Assembly: GCA_051313645.2 (NCBI GenBank)
Contig: JBNRSN020000012.1
Span: 69,626,001 to 69,690,000, forward strand
Length of the DNA: 64,000 nt
DNA from: Centroscyllium fabricii
Lineage: Eukaryota
Direction: 5' to 3'
Within the stretch, counting starts at the first letter, position 1, and the number at the start of each line of letters is the position of its first letter. Both the position numbers and the translations under genes were made by a program. The notes under the pieces are model-generated. The model did no database searches. It was not told the DNA's origin and saw only the letters and a list, made by a program, of their open reading frames with translations. Of the stretch, positions 12,262 to 22,659 are shown piece by piece.

Positions 12262-12550
12262 ATAGAAACATAGAAGATAGGAGCAGGAGTAGGCCATTCG
12301 GCCCCTCGAGCCTGCTCCGCCATTCAATGCGATCATGGCTGATCATCCAAATTCAGTACCCTGTCCCTGCCTTTCCCCCCCATATCCCTTGATCCCTTTA
12401 GCTTTAAGAAATATATCTAACTCCTTCTTGAATATATTTAATGAATTGGCCTCTACTGCCTTCTGTGGTAGAGAATTCCACAGGTTCACCACTCTCTGGG
12501 TGAAGAAATTTCTCCTCATCTCTGTCCTGAATGGTTTACCCCTTATTCTT
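12262..12550 (-). mobile_element. CR1 (HER1-like) LINE 3' end
   Basis: tagaaacatagaa tail, stem-loop, and antisense FFTQRVVNLWNSLP. Confidence 0.85.
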
Positions 12551-13029
12551 ACTAAATAATGGAGACTCTGAGTCCATCACATTTTAAAGTGCATTCTACC
12601 AAAATGGAAGAAATTTTGCATCGATCAGTGTATCTACTTTTTTTCTAGTGTTTCTGACTTCGTAAAATGCTGGTTGCAGTTGATATAAAAGAAAAATTCA
12701 ATCTTGTGCTGTGCTGTCATAAAATGAGCAATTATTGTTACACTATTTACTAGTCCAGCTCCTGTGAGTTAGGAATTTGAAGATTACCAACTTCTGCATG
12801 TCAGTATTATCTTATTCACAAATGTCTCAAATTTGAATGCAGATTATAGTGGATTAAGCATCATTTGTTATCATGAAAGACATAGAGAGCATGACTGTTG
12901 ATGTTTTTAGTTAGTGTCATTTTATGAAGACAAATGCTTCTTCATAAGTGAATCATTCCAGGTATAGTTATTTTTAGTTTGTTTTGGCAGACTTGGTCTT
13001 GCAATTACTGCTACAATAACTTTAACATG

Positions 13030-13490
13030 GTGAAACATTCAAAATAACCAAGGACACTGAGCAGGAGGGTGAGGAGAGATGACATAGGAACAAGAGTAGG
13101 CTGTTCAGTCCCTGTAACCATACATGGCTGATCTGTACCTCCAATGCCATTTACCTGCCTTTGATCCATGCTCCTTGATACTCTTACCTAATAAAAATCT
13201 GCCAATCTTGGTCTTACAAATTTCAATCGACCCAGCACCCACGGCCTTTTGGGGGGGAGAATTCCAGATTTCCACTACCCTTTGTGGAAAAAGTGCTTGC
13301 TACTTTCACTCATGCATGGTTAACTCTAATGTTAAGAGGTGGAGACATGACGATGAAGGCTCTGCCATTGACGGAGTGGAGGGTTGGGAATGCTCAGAAG
13401 GCCAGTTTGGTGAGATGGTAAAAGAGCAACTGAGTGCTGTGGAGGCAGGCGTGGCAAGAAGAGGCCGAGAAGCTGCAATGATTTAAAAAT
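13030..13490 (-). mobile_element. L2 remnant interrupted by a CR1 3' end (~13082-13330)
   Basis: CR1 tail acataggaacaagagtagg and antisense QRVVEIWNS. The flanks resemble the L2 3' end at 52140-52445. Confidence 0.5.
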
Positions 13491-13636
13491 ATAAATGTTG
13501 CTGTGTGATGCCACGTCTACCACATTCAGGTTAGATAAGTGACCATTTGCAGTTTAAAATCTATGCTGTTATGGGATTACATGGAACTTCTTTTGAAAGA
13601 AAGAAAAAGTAGTAAACCTGTTATTTGCTTCTCCAG

Positions 13637-13845
13637 AAATTAGATCGAAGATCCTCCCCCTCTACCAGCAGTCTGGATTCTGGGAGTGAATTGAAGGAGC
13701 GACCGGTGAAAGGAGAAAGCGCACTCCAGCGCGTGGAGTGCATTGCTGGCAATATGAATTGCTGTGACTGTGGCCAGGCAGACCCACGTTGGGCAAGCAT
13801 TAACCTTGGAATCACACTATGCATTGAATGTTCAGGAATTCACAG
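13637..13845 (+). CDS. ACAP2: ACAP2 exon, ArfGAP zinc finger (CCDC...CIEC)
   Basis: ctccag|AAA TTA GAT...CAC AG|gtatta, 209 nt. CxxC-x16-CxxC with [19 protein letters not shown]. Confidence 0.97.
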
Positions 13846-14068
13846 GTATTAATGTGAAAAAGATGAAAAGTTATGCTAGATTGAAAAATATGTGTGCGCA
13901 TTCACCTATTTGATACTAATTGGGCTCAGTATTCAGTACTGTTGCTGCTTTTCACTGAAGCAAAATTTGGATGAACAGCTTACAGGTAACTTGAAATCTT
14001 TGCTATGACTAATTTTGGTAGGGTGCTGCGCTCTCAATTGGAGGACAAAATACATTCAAAACTTGAGA

Positions 14069-14294
14069 TAACAACAGAAAATGCTGGAAAAACTCAGCAG
14101 GCCAGGCAACATCCGTGGAGATAAATATAGAGTCGACGTTTCGGGTTAGGACCCTTTGTCAAGACTGTCTTGACAAAGGATTCTAACCCGAAACGTCGAC
14201 TCTATATTTCTCTCCACGAATGTTGCCTGGCCTGCTGAATTTTTCCAGCATTTTGTTATTTTGGATTTCCACCATCTGCAGTATTTTGCTATCG
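14069..14294. mobile_element. Penelope-derived near-perfect fold-back insert with variant hammerhead cores
   Basis: Arms of ~90 bp are inverted around ~14165. TTCAAAACTTGAGA is duplicated at 14055-14068 and 14295-14308. Confidence 0.8.
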
Positions 14295-14514
14295 TTCAAA
14301 ACTTGAGACTTGATTCTGCTCAATTGGGGAGGTTTGCAAAAGAAGATCTCTAAATATGAAAAAACAAGAACAGAAAGATTAGCTGGACCATGACTGATTG
14401 ACCACAAGTATAATTTATTTCTGCCTTGTTGAGCTTCAGTACCTTGCAGAGGTTTATCTAGTGATGAATGCCTGTATTATTTGTGCTGTATTAGTTTATT
14501 TTCTCTGTGTTTAG

Positions 14515-14584
14515 AAGTCTAGGTGTCCATTTTTCTAAGGTGCGTTCCCTTACTCTGGATTCATGGGAACCTGAGCTCTTAAAA
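14515..14584 (+). CDS. ACAP2: ACAP2 exon, ArfGAP (SLGVHFSKVRSLTLDSWEPELLK)
   Basis: tttag|A AGT CTA...TTA AAA|gtgagt, 70 nt. Confidence 0.95.
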
Positions 14585-14725
14585 GTGAGTTTAGCCTTTT
14601 ATATACATATATATATATTTTTTTTTAATCGCGCTTTGTATGATGGTGTTCTATTACAATTTCATTTAACGGACTAGTTTTGCCAATTAACCATATTTGC
14701 GTAAATTAATGTAGAGCGAATAGTA

Positions 14726-15468
14726 CAGGTTGAAGTTCGTTAATCAGGCACCCGAAAAACCGGCAGCTTCAGTCATTCGGCACAGATTTTCCTGACTGCC
14801 CGGCGCATGCGCAGACAATTCAAAATGGCTGCCGTCGGGGCTGGGCTTCTCTTTCACCTAACATACTCACTGGATCCTGGCTTAGTGACCACCCCGATGC
14901 CGATGGTGAATTCCAGGCCAAGAAGATGAGGTGTTGTGCCAGCTGCCTTTCGCAGTAAGCGATACCGGCAATTCTCGGTGGCCATTGCTGCCGGAGGCTC
15001 CTGCCTGGCTGCGTGCTGACGTCACTGCGATTCGAAGCTGGCGTGCGGTGGCGTCACGTGAGCCGGGCTTGAGCCGCGCATTGGGCCTCAGGCCCGCTGA
15101 AGCTGTGCAGGCCGCTCCGTGATACGCAGCTGAATCGATGGCTGCGTGCTGACATCACCGCGATCCGAAGCTGGCGTGCGGTGGCGTCACGTGAGCCGGG
15201 CTTGAGCCGCACATTAGGCCTCAGGCCCGCTGAGGCCGTGCAGCCCGCTCCCTGACCCGCAGCAGAATCGAGTGCGAGTTCCACCCGACCCTTGGGCCGA
15301 AAATCAACTGCCAGGTACCGGCGAGCGCATGCGCAGAGCATTGAAAGTTTTGCGTTGGCCATTTTTAATGTTCTGCACATGCGCCGCTGTGACTTCAATA
15401 ATTCGGCGTTTTCAACAATCCGGCAGGGTGCTGGTCACAACCCTGCCGGATTAACGAACTTCAACCTG
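14726..15468. mobile_element. Tc1/mariner (pogo/Tigger-like) MITE
   Basis: TA|CAGGTTGAAGTTCGTTAATC...GATTAACGAACTTCAACCTG|TA, perfect 20-bp TIR. Internal duplication with 133-bp period (15006 and 15139). Confidence 0.9.
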
Positions 15469-15820
15469 TATTACACAACAAAACAGTCAAATTTTCCATA
15501 ATTTCTGCCTATGCAGCATCCAAAATATTTAATTTAGACCTCCCCACTTTAGAACAATTGCAGTCGAGATGGTGAGGTCTGATTATAATAGCATAATGAT
15601 GACATTCGTTTTAACAGTGGATCTTGCAATATAGAAATGAATTTTAGGAGAGATACAGCTCCCTTGGCATGTTGGAAGATTTGAATCAGCAAATAAGAAT
15701 TTAATCATGTTGTCAGAACAACAGTTTTACTATTGGGGGGTGGGGGGGGCACCAATTTATTTTGTGTTCCATAAAAGTTGAAGCTTAAGCTGAAATCTGT
15801 ATTCTCATTTTGTTTGGCAG

Positions 15821-15915
15821 CTTATGTGTGCGTTGGGAAATAGCGTTATAAATAGAATATATGAGGCACAGGTGGAAGAAATGCATTTTAAAAAGCCAAA
15901 TGCAGGAGACTCGAG
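15821..15915 (+). CDS. ACAP2: ACAP2 exon, ArfGAP (LMCALGNSVINRIYEAQVEEMHFKKPNAGDSR)
   Basis: ggcag|CTT ATG...TCG AG|gtaaat, 95 nt. Confidence 0.95.
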
Positions 15916-16002
15916 GTAAATAATGAACCTTATTTCTGTAAATAATTAACCTTATTTCTAAGTCGATTTCTATTGGACAAACACTTCGACAAAGGTTCAA
16001 AA

Positions 16003-16292
16003 GTGTCAGCTTGGCTCAATAGATTTTAAACTGTGGTTCAATCTGCCTGTTCTGATGGATGTTAAAGATCTCATGGCACTATTCGAAGAAGTGCAAGTTA
16101 TCCCAGTGTCCTGGTCAATATTTATCCCTCAACCACTACACTAAAACAGATTAACTGGTCATTCATTTTATTTCGGGCAGTTTTGCACACAGCATACTCA
16201 GTCATTGTATTCAAAGTAATTCATTTTATGTGAAGCACAGCAAGATATTTGAGGGATGTGATGAGAGGCTCTATATAAATGCAAGACTTTTT
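16003..16292 (+). mobile_element. DeuSINE/SacSINE-like SINE remnant with L2-type tail
   Basis: gttaaagatctcatggcactattcgaagaag...cctggtcaatatttatccctcaacc core and tail tatataaatgcaag. Antisense homolog at 47845-49000. Confidence 0.6.
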
Positions 16293-16296
16293 TCTT

Positions 16297-16699
16297 GCAC
16301 GGCACGGTGGCATAGTGGTTAGCACTGTTGCATCACAGCACTGGAGACCCGAGTTCAAATCCAGCTTCGGGTACTATCTGTGTGGAGTTTGCACATTCTC
16401 CCCGTGTCTGCGTGGGTTTCCTGCGGGTGCTCCGGTTTCCTCCCACAGTCCAAAGATGTGCGGGTCAGGTTGATTGGCCATGATAAATTTGACCCTTAGT
16501 GTTAGGGGGATTGAATATGTGGGGTTACGGGGATAGGGTGGGATATGTGTTGGTGCAGGCTCGATAGGGATCGAGGGATTATGGGGAGAGGGCAGGGGCG
16601 GGGTACTGGGTTTGGATGATCAGCCATGATCTCATTGAATGGCGGAGCAGGCTTGAAGGGCCAAATGGCCTACTCCTGCTCCTATCTTCTATGTTTCTA
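16297..16699 (+). mobile_element. tRNA-derived V-SINE (HE1-like), full length
   Basis: A box tggcatagtgg, B box gagttcaaatcc, V core ctgtgtggagtttgcacattctccccgtgtctgcgtgggtttcc, and CR1-derived tail. Confidence 0.9.
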
Positions 16700-17018
16700 A
16701 TGTTGATGTAGATTATTCAAAAATATATTAACTTAACTGCTACTCAGAGTAAAAATCATTTAATAGGATAACGGGCAGCTTCAGATGTAGATTAAATAAA
16801 TTGTATTTTTATAACTATAATGTAAAATGGATGTTAATTTTCAGGTGCAAAACTTGTAAAATATCAAATAGAAACTAGCATATAATGTACTAATAAATGA
16901 CTAGCTTGTGCCTTGCATTTCACACCGCATATAAACACACTCTAACTTGTGTTGCTTTTAAAATGTGAGAAATTACGAGCTTTCTAACTTTCAAATGTAT
17001 TTCATGCACTACTGTTAG

Positions 17019-17197
17019 GCTCGAGAAAGAAACTTGGATCAAAGCTAAGTATGTTGAGAAGAAGTTTATAAAACCCCATAGATTTTCTTCATCAAAAGAA
17101 AGAACAAAGATGTTACCACTGCCCAATCAACTTGAGGGGATACGTGAAAAATCACCCAAATCTCTCTCTGTACCAGGGAGCACTTCCAAAATTCCAG
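17019..17197 (+). CDS. ACAP2: ACAP2 exon, end of ArfGAP plus linker (LEKETWIKAKYVEKKFIK...)
   Basis: tgttag|G CTC GAG...CCA G|gtaata, 179 nt. Confidence 0.93.
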
Positions 17198-17304
17198 GTA
17201 ATACCCTATCTGTGATGTAGCATGTGGAAATAGAACAACTACCAATGACTACTGAAAAAATAAATAATTATTAATTGAATTGTGTATAAAACAAAGATGC
17301 AAAA

Positions 17305-17986
17305 CCTGAAGGCAGCAGGACAGGTGGATAAGGTGGTTAAAAAGGCATATGGGATACTTGTCTTCATTAGCCGAGGCATAGAATATAAGAGCAGGGAGGT
17401 TATGATGGAGCTGTACAAAACGCTGGTAAGGCCACAGCTGGAGTACTGTGTGCAGTTCTGGTCGCCACACTACAAGAAGAATGTAATAGCTTTGGAGAGG
17501 GTGCAGAGGAGATTCACCAGGATGCTGCCTGGGCTGGGGAGCTTCAGCTATGAAGAGAGACTGGAGAGGCTGGGGTTGTTTTCCTTGGAGCAGAGGAGGC
17601 TGAGGGGGGGACCTGATTGAGGTGTACAAAATTATGAGGGGAATAGATAGGGTGGATGGAGTGGAACTTTTTCCCTTGGTTGAGGGGGTCAATAACTAGG
17701 GGGCATAATTTCAGGGTAAGGGGCAGGAGGTATCGTGGGGATGTGAGGAAGAACATTTTCACCCAGAGGGTGGTTGGAGTCTGGAACTCACTGCCTGAGA
17801 GGGTGGTAGAGGCGGGAACCCTCACAACATTCAAGAAGCATTTGGATGAGCACTTGAAATGCCATAGTACACAAGGCTATGGACCAAATGCGGGAAACTG
17901 GTAGTAGTATAGACTGGGATTGATGGGCAGCACGGACGCGATGGGCCGAAGGGCCTCTTTCTGTGCTGTATTACTCTATGACTCTA
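17305..17986 (+). mobile_element. CR1 LINE 3' fragment (frameshifted)
   Basis: ORFs 17282..17620 and 17656..17904 (YKTLVRPQLEYCVQFWSP; FTQRVVGVWNSLP). Tail ctctatgactcta. Confidence 0.92.
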
Positions 17987-18225
17987 GTTCTGCCATCTGT
18001 TAATTTTTTTATACCAGTGGCCAACAACCATGTCTTTTTCACCTGCAGTAAAGAATTCATAAATATATTAAGCCTACCAAAGTCAGAAATGCACTTCAAA
18101 CTATTGCTAACTAACAATCTATCTTTCAATGTTCTTGTATTTTTCTTTGAATTTCTCAAAAACAATTTCCTCTGTTTTCCTCTGTTTCAATGGCTGCTTT
18201 GCTTTGCTAACATGCATGTAACCAG

Positions 18226-18327
18226 CTGCTGTTAGTAACACTGAGCCACGTCGGGAGTCTCTCTTCTGCCCAGATGAGCTAGACTCGCTATTCTTCTACT
18301 TTGACACCGCTTCAAAATCTAATAGTA
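18226..18327 (+). CDS. ACAP2: Symmetric cassette exon (AAVSNTEPRRESLFCPDELDSLFFYFDTASKSNS), ACAP3-like motif
   Basis: taaccag|CT GCT...AGT A|gtaagt, 102 nt, phase 1-1, open frame. Matches recalled ACAP3 RRDSLFCPDELDSLFSYFD. Confidence 0.85.
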
Positions 18328-18856
18328 GTAAGTACTGCACATATGGAGCTTCTTGGTGCCTATGCTACTAAATTCATCCACTGCTTGATTCCACTTTATA
18401 GGTGCATATGTATGTTTTTTTTGTGCTTTTGACCTCCCAGAGCATTTTAAAACATTTTGTTCAAGTAGCATTTTCCATCATGCATTTGATTTTCCCCTTG
18501 TATTTGTATTCAGTGTATTTCATTGTTAACCATATTGGATATTGCAGAAAGAGTAGCAATGTGAACTGATGCATTTTGTAGCAGTTTCTGTGAAATTTGG
18601 GATGTTTGGTTTTAAATCATATGTTCTCATTTGTGATTTGTTTTTCATCAGTGTAAACCTTATCTCAATATGAAGGAGCATTCTATGTTTGTGCATTCAT
18701 TTTTACATTAGTAAAATATTGTAGCACCAAAAAGGTAGTGTCAGTTTCTTTTGTGTTTATAGATCCCCAGGGAACACAGGAACATAAAATTAAAATAAAG
18801 TTAAACTTAGTTTTATTTAAAAGCATTCAGAATACAGTACTTGTGTTCTGTTAGTC

Positions 18857-19022
18857 TAACATAAGAAATAGAAGCAGGAGCAGGCCAATCGGCCCCTCGA
18901 GCCCGCTCCGCCATTCAACAAGATCATGGCTGATCTGATCCTAACCTCGAATCTACTTTCACGCTCCATCCCACCCGAACCCATGTGATCTCCCGGGAGA
19001 GGCGAAAAAACAGATAAAAACC
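18857..19022 (-). mobile_element. CR1-type 3' UTR fragment
   Basis: aacataagaaatagaagcaggag tail and stem-loop. Antisense homolog of 90-245. Confidence 0.7.
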
Positions 19023-19331
19023 GATCTCTTCTGATTGTATGTTTGTTATGTTAACATTGGGCTGTTAGGTGATAGGTAAATGATTAACAATTTGCATTGA
19101 ATATGGTTTAAAGCCTACTTTCTGTAGACTGATTTAAACATACCTTTGTTATAGCAAATAAGTGTATTAATCAAGAATATGACTGATTGCTTGATGCTAA
19201 ATATTCCACCACCTTTTTGTTCAGAAAGTATTAATCATATTCATAGAAACCTTGTTATATCAACTAAAACTGGAAAAATTATAATCGGTTTGACATGAGG
19301 CAATCTTATTTAACTTGTCCGTTTCTTTAAG

Positions 19332-19427
19332 GAGTAAAAAATTCAGACAGTGGTGTGCCGAATAGCGCTCAGGGCAGCAAGGATGTGGTAATGTCTGTGA
19401 CCTCCAATAACAGCTTATCCGAACCAG
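19332..19427 (+). CDS. ACAP2: ACAP2 linker exon (VKNSDSGVPNSAQGSKDVVMSVTSNNSLSEP)
   Basis: tttaag|GA GTA...CCA G|gttggt, 96 nt, phase 1-1. Similar to recalled ACAP2 VRSNDSG...ANSLYEP. Confidence 0.85.
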
Positions 19428-19781
19428 GTTGGTAAGATTGGCCAAGGTGAATAATAGTCGCAAAAATTAATGTTTACATATAAATGTATATCCATCTTGT
19501 GTTCTCCTACACTTTACATGCATATTCTACTAACCATTAAATGCAGTTAGAACTCCATTCATTCTAACCTGAACTTTGGTCATCAAATCGACAATCTCTC
19601 TGATCGGTGTATTTTGAGTAGAATCAGAAATGTGTGTTGAATGCTATAATATATTTAGAATACTGTGTTACTAGCTCCAAGATTAAGTATCTGTAACTGT
19701 ATAATCTTTGATCACAGTCAATGAAAGTTATGCTAAAGTTGTTTTTTGCCTCCTTAGAAAATTTGGAAGCCTCTATTATAG

Positions 19782-19969
19782 AGGGAGGCAGTAGGGAGTC
19801 ATCCGTCTTCCATGAAGAGAAAATTATTCCTGCAGGATTGCAGTTATATAACGCTGCACATGTTCGAAGTCTTCCAGATATGGCAGAAGCATTAGCCCAT
19901 GGAGCTGATTTGAACTGGGTTCATGCGGAAGATAATAAAGCAACACCTCTTATTCAGGCTGTGCTGGGG
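19782..19969 (+). CDS. ACAP2: ACAP2 exon, first ankyrin region (GLQLYNAAHVRSLPDMAEALAHGADLNW...TPLIQAVLG)
   Basis: ttatag|AG GGA...CTG GGG|gtaggt, 188 nt. A second in-frame acceptor gives a start at 19758. Confidence 0.92.
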
Positions 19970-20084
19970 GTAGGTTTGCTGTTATCTTCCCTCCCTTGAG
20001 TTTAGGGAACAAGAAATACTGTGGTTTAGTTAGAATCTGAGATCAGAAAACCACAGTACAAGAGATAAAGTAACTTAGATTCCA

Positions 20085-20296
20085 ACCAGAAGGTCACGGG
20101 TCAAGCTCATCCATCCACCTCAGTCTACCAGAAGGTCACAGGTCAAGCTCATCCATCCACCTCAGTCTACCAGAAGGTCACAGGTCAAGCTCATCCATCC
20201 ACTGCAGTCTACCAGAAGGTCACCGGTCAAGCTCACCCATCCACCTCAGTCTACCAGAAGGTCACCGGTCAAGCTCATCCATCCACCTCAGTCTAC
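20085..20296 (+). repeat. Minisatellite, 42-bp unit x5
   Basis: accagaaggtcacNggtcaagctcatccatccacctcagtct repeated five times with few substitutions. Confidence 0.95.
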
Positions 20297-21119
20297 TTTT
20301 CAACTTGGCTTCTTGGTGCAGCAACTCACTTTCAAACGTTCACTTCAGGCAGGGAATACTGACACTTCCCTTTCTCCAATTAAATAATATTTCTGGCCAG
20401 TTGACCGTGGAGAAATATTGGTGGAAACATCTGCAGCCTTGATTATTTTGCTTTCCTAAATGAAGGTGATTTAGCAGTAGCAAAGAAATTAGGGAAGAAA
20501 AAATTGAATTGACCAAATAGGAGGGACCTAAAAATGATAGGAATGTCAGGACGTGTGTATCATTACCCATAACGTAACCTGCAATGTACTGCACTGGTTG
20601 GAAATGATGTGCCGGACCCCAAAAGTGAAGCTTGGTTATCAACATCCTCTGATCACTGAGATTTATTACTACCTGGTTACACACTCTTGTTACACACATT
20701 AAGATGTACCTCTTCATAAGATGTACTGTTTAATTTTTTAAAATAATTTCTAAATAATCATGTTCCAATCAATGGCATGCTCTCATGATTGTATCACTTG
20801 CTTCACAGTGATAGTTCTATCACAGGGCAATAAAATTTGTGCATGTCATAATAAAATGAACCACATGGCTATAATTTACTTTTATCGCAAACCTTTATTT
20901 TTCCTTTTTCATCCCCTCACTTTAATGCTTTTTCTCCCCTCATTGTTTTCTCGCTCCTTCCTTTTTCCTCCTTCCACTGTCCTGTTCTGGGTATTTTTCC
21001 TTCACCTCGATGTGTTCTTCATTCTTTCCTTCTCTCCTGTGTACTGTTTATTTATTAATGTTTTAGTTCACTTTTACCTGTGCTACATTTGGATCCTGAA
21101 GTTGTGTCTTTTATCACAG

Positions 21120-21229
21120 GGCTCTTTGGTTGCTTGTGAATTTCTGCTGCAGAATGGAGCAGATGTAAACCACCGAGACACTCATGGCAGAGGGCCACTG
21201 CATCATGCCACCATCTTGGGGCATACTGG
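21120..21229 (+). CDS. ACAP2: ACAP2 ankyrin exon (GSLVACEFLLQNGADVNHRDTHGRGPLHHATILGHTG)
   Basis: tcacag|GGC TCT...ACT GG|gtaaga, 110 nt. Confidence 0.96.
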
Positions 21230-21397
21230 GTAAGAAACGTGTTTACCTTCACTGGTCTATGATGTGTTTGTTTCTCTCTCTGTCTAATAGACTGCAATAA
21301 ACTGGTTGGTGCTTTTGGACCATTTTATGTTTTCTTGCAAAAACATGCCTCGGGATTATTGAATGCTTTGAGCCTTCAAAAAATATATAATTCAAGG

Positions 21398-21790
21398 ACA
21401 TAGAAACATAGAAACTAGGAGCAGGAGTAGGCCATTCGGCCCCTCGAGCCTGCTCCGCCATTCAATGAGATCATGGCTGATCATCCAAACCCAGCACCCC
21501 GCCCCTGCCCTCTCCCCATATCCTTCGATCCCTATCGAGCCTGCATTGACACCCTATCCCCGTAACCCCACATATTCAATCCCCCTAACACTAAGGGTCA
21601 ATTTATCATGGCCAATCAACCTAACCCGCACATCTTTGGACTGTGGGAGGAAACCGGAGCACCTGGAGGAAACCCATGCAGACACGGGGAGAATGTGCAA
21701 ACTCCACACAGATAGTCACCCGAGGCCGGATTTGAACCCGGGTCTCCAGTGCTGTGAGACAACAGTGCTAACCACTGTGCCACCGTGCCG
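21398..21790 (-). mobile_element. V-SINE (HE1-like), near full length
   Basis: Reverse complement of 16297-16699 with a small internal deletion. Confidence 0.9.
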
Positions 21791-22659
21791 ACAATTCTGG
21801 GTAAAACTTAATGGGCAAATCTGTAAGTGTATATATTCTAAGATAACTTTTATAGTTATTGGAAGTTTAATAGATCAACCTCCTTTTCAGTTTTCAAAGG
21901 ACATTGTTACTGAACTGGTGGGGAAAATGGTACAAGACCTGACCACTGCATTAAAAGTAATTTTAGAAAGATCAGGCAAATGAGTGAGTGCCTAAACAGT
22001 GAATTCTGGACCCCCTACTGTTCACACTGTTGGTGAGCAGTATAAAGGATGGTACTTGTGCAATATTAAAATCTTATACCAGAAAAATTAATATAAAAGA
22101 ACAGGAGGCATCAAAATAAATGGGGTCAATTAAGTGCACAGGCTTAAGAATTGCTTTACTTGTGGGTAAATGGAAGATTATGCCCACAAACAAGCAGGAT
22201 AATGAAGGGGTTACATTTTTAAATGACCTCCTTAATTGCCGCACATTACAGGGTGGGGCCACTAATAAGTTAGAGAGAGATTCACCAACCCTAATTCATA
22301 TCATCAAAGCTGTAGAGTCCGTTAAAATTATACAAAAGGTAGAATGCATTATGCTGAATGGGCCCTCAAGCTGCAACAAGTCAGTGTAGTATGCATGGCC
22401 AGAAGAGTATGGAGATTATTCTCCGTGGGAGTTCAGCTTTGATGTGCTGTTGGATAAGAATTTGTTTTCTATAATTAATAATTGTCTGAAGTGAGTAAGC
22501 AGGTTCTGATTTTTGTGAAATGTTGAGTTCAGACAAACATTATCTACAACTTTAAGTTAGACACAAAGGTGTGGCAGTGGAGGAAACCCTAGAGATGTGT
22601 TTGGAGTGTGATATATAGGCCAATTTGGGTCTTCAGTGTATCCAGGGCAGCACATTTTC

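Noticed and set aside
16297-16375. tRNA gene
   Set aside because: The A and B boxes belong to a SINE head that continues into the V core and CR1 tail. No full cloverleaf.
20085-20296. Regular repeat array as CRISPR
   Set aside because: Contiguous tandem units with no unique spacers, no cas genes, and a vertebrate intron context.
20760-21119. Hydrophobic multi-pass membrane-like ORF upstream of the ankyrin exon
   Set aside because: Translation of a pyrimidine-rich intron tract. The real exon begins at 21120.
21465-21983. 172-aa ORF and similar ORFs at 53279 and 16279
   Set aside because: Translations of V-SINE sequence that recur with each copy.
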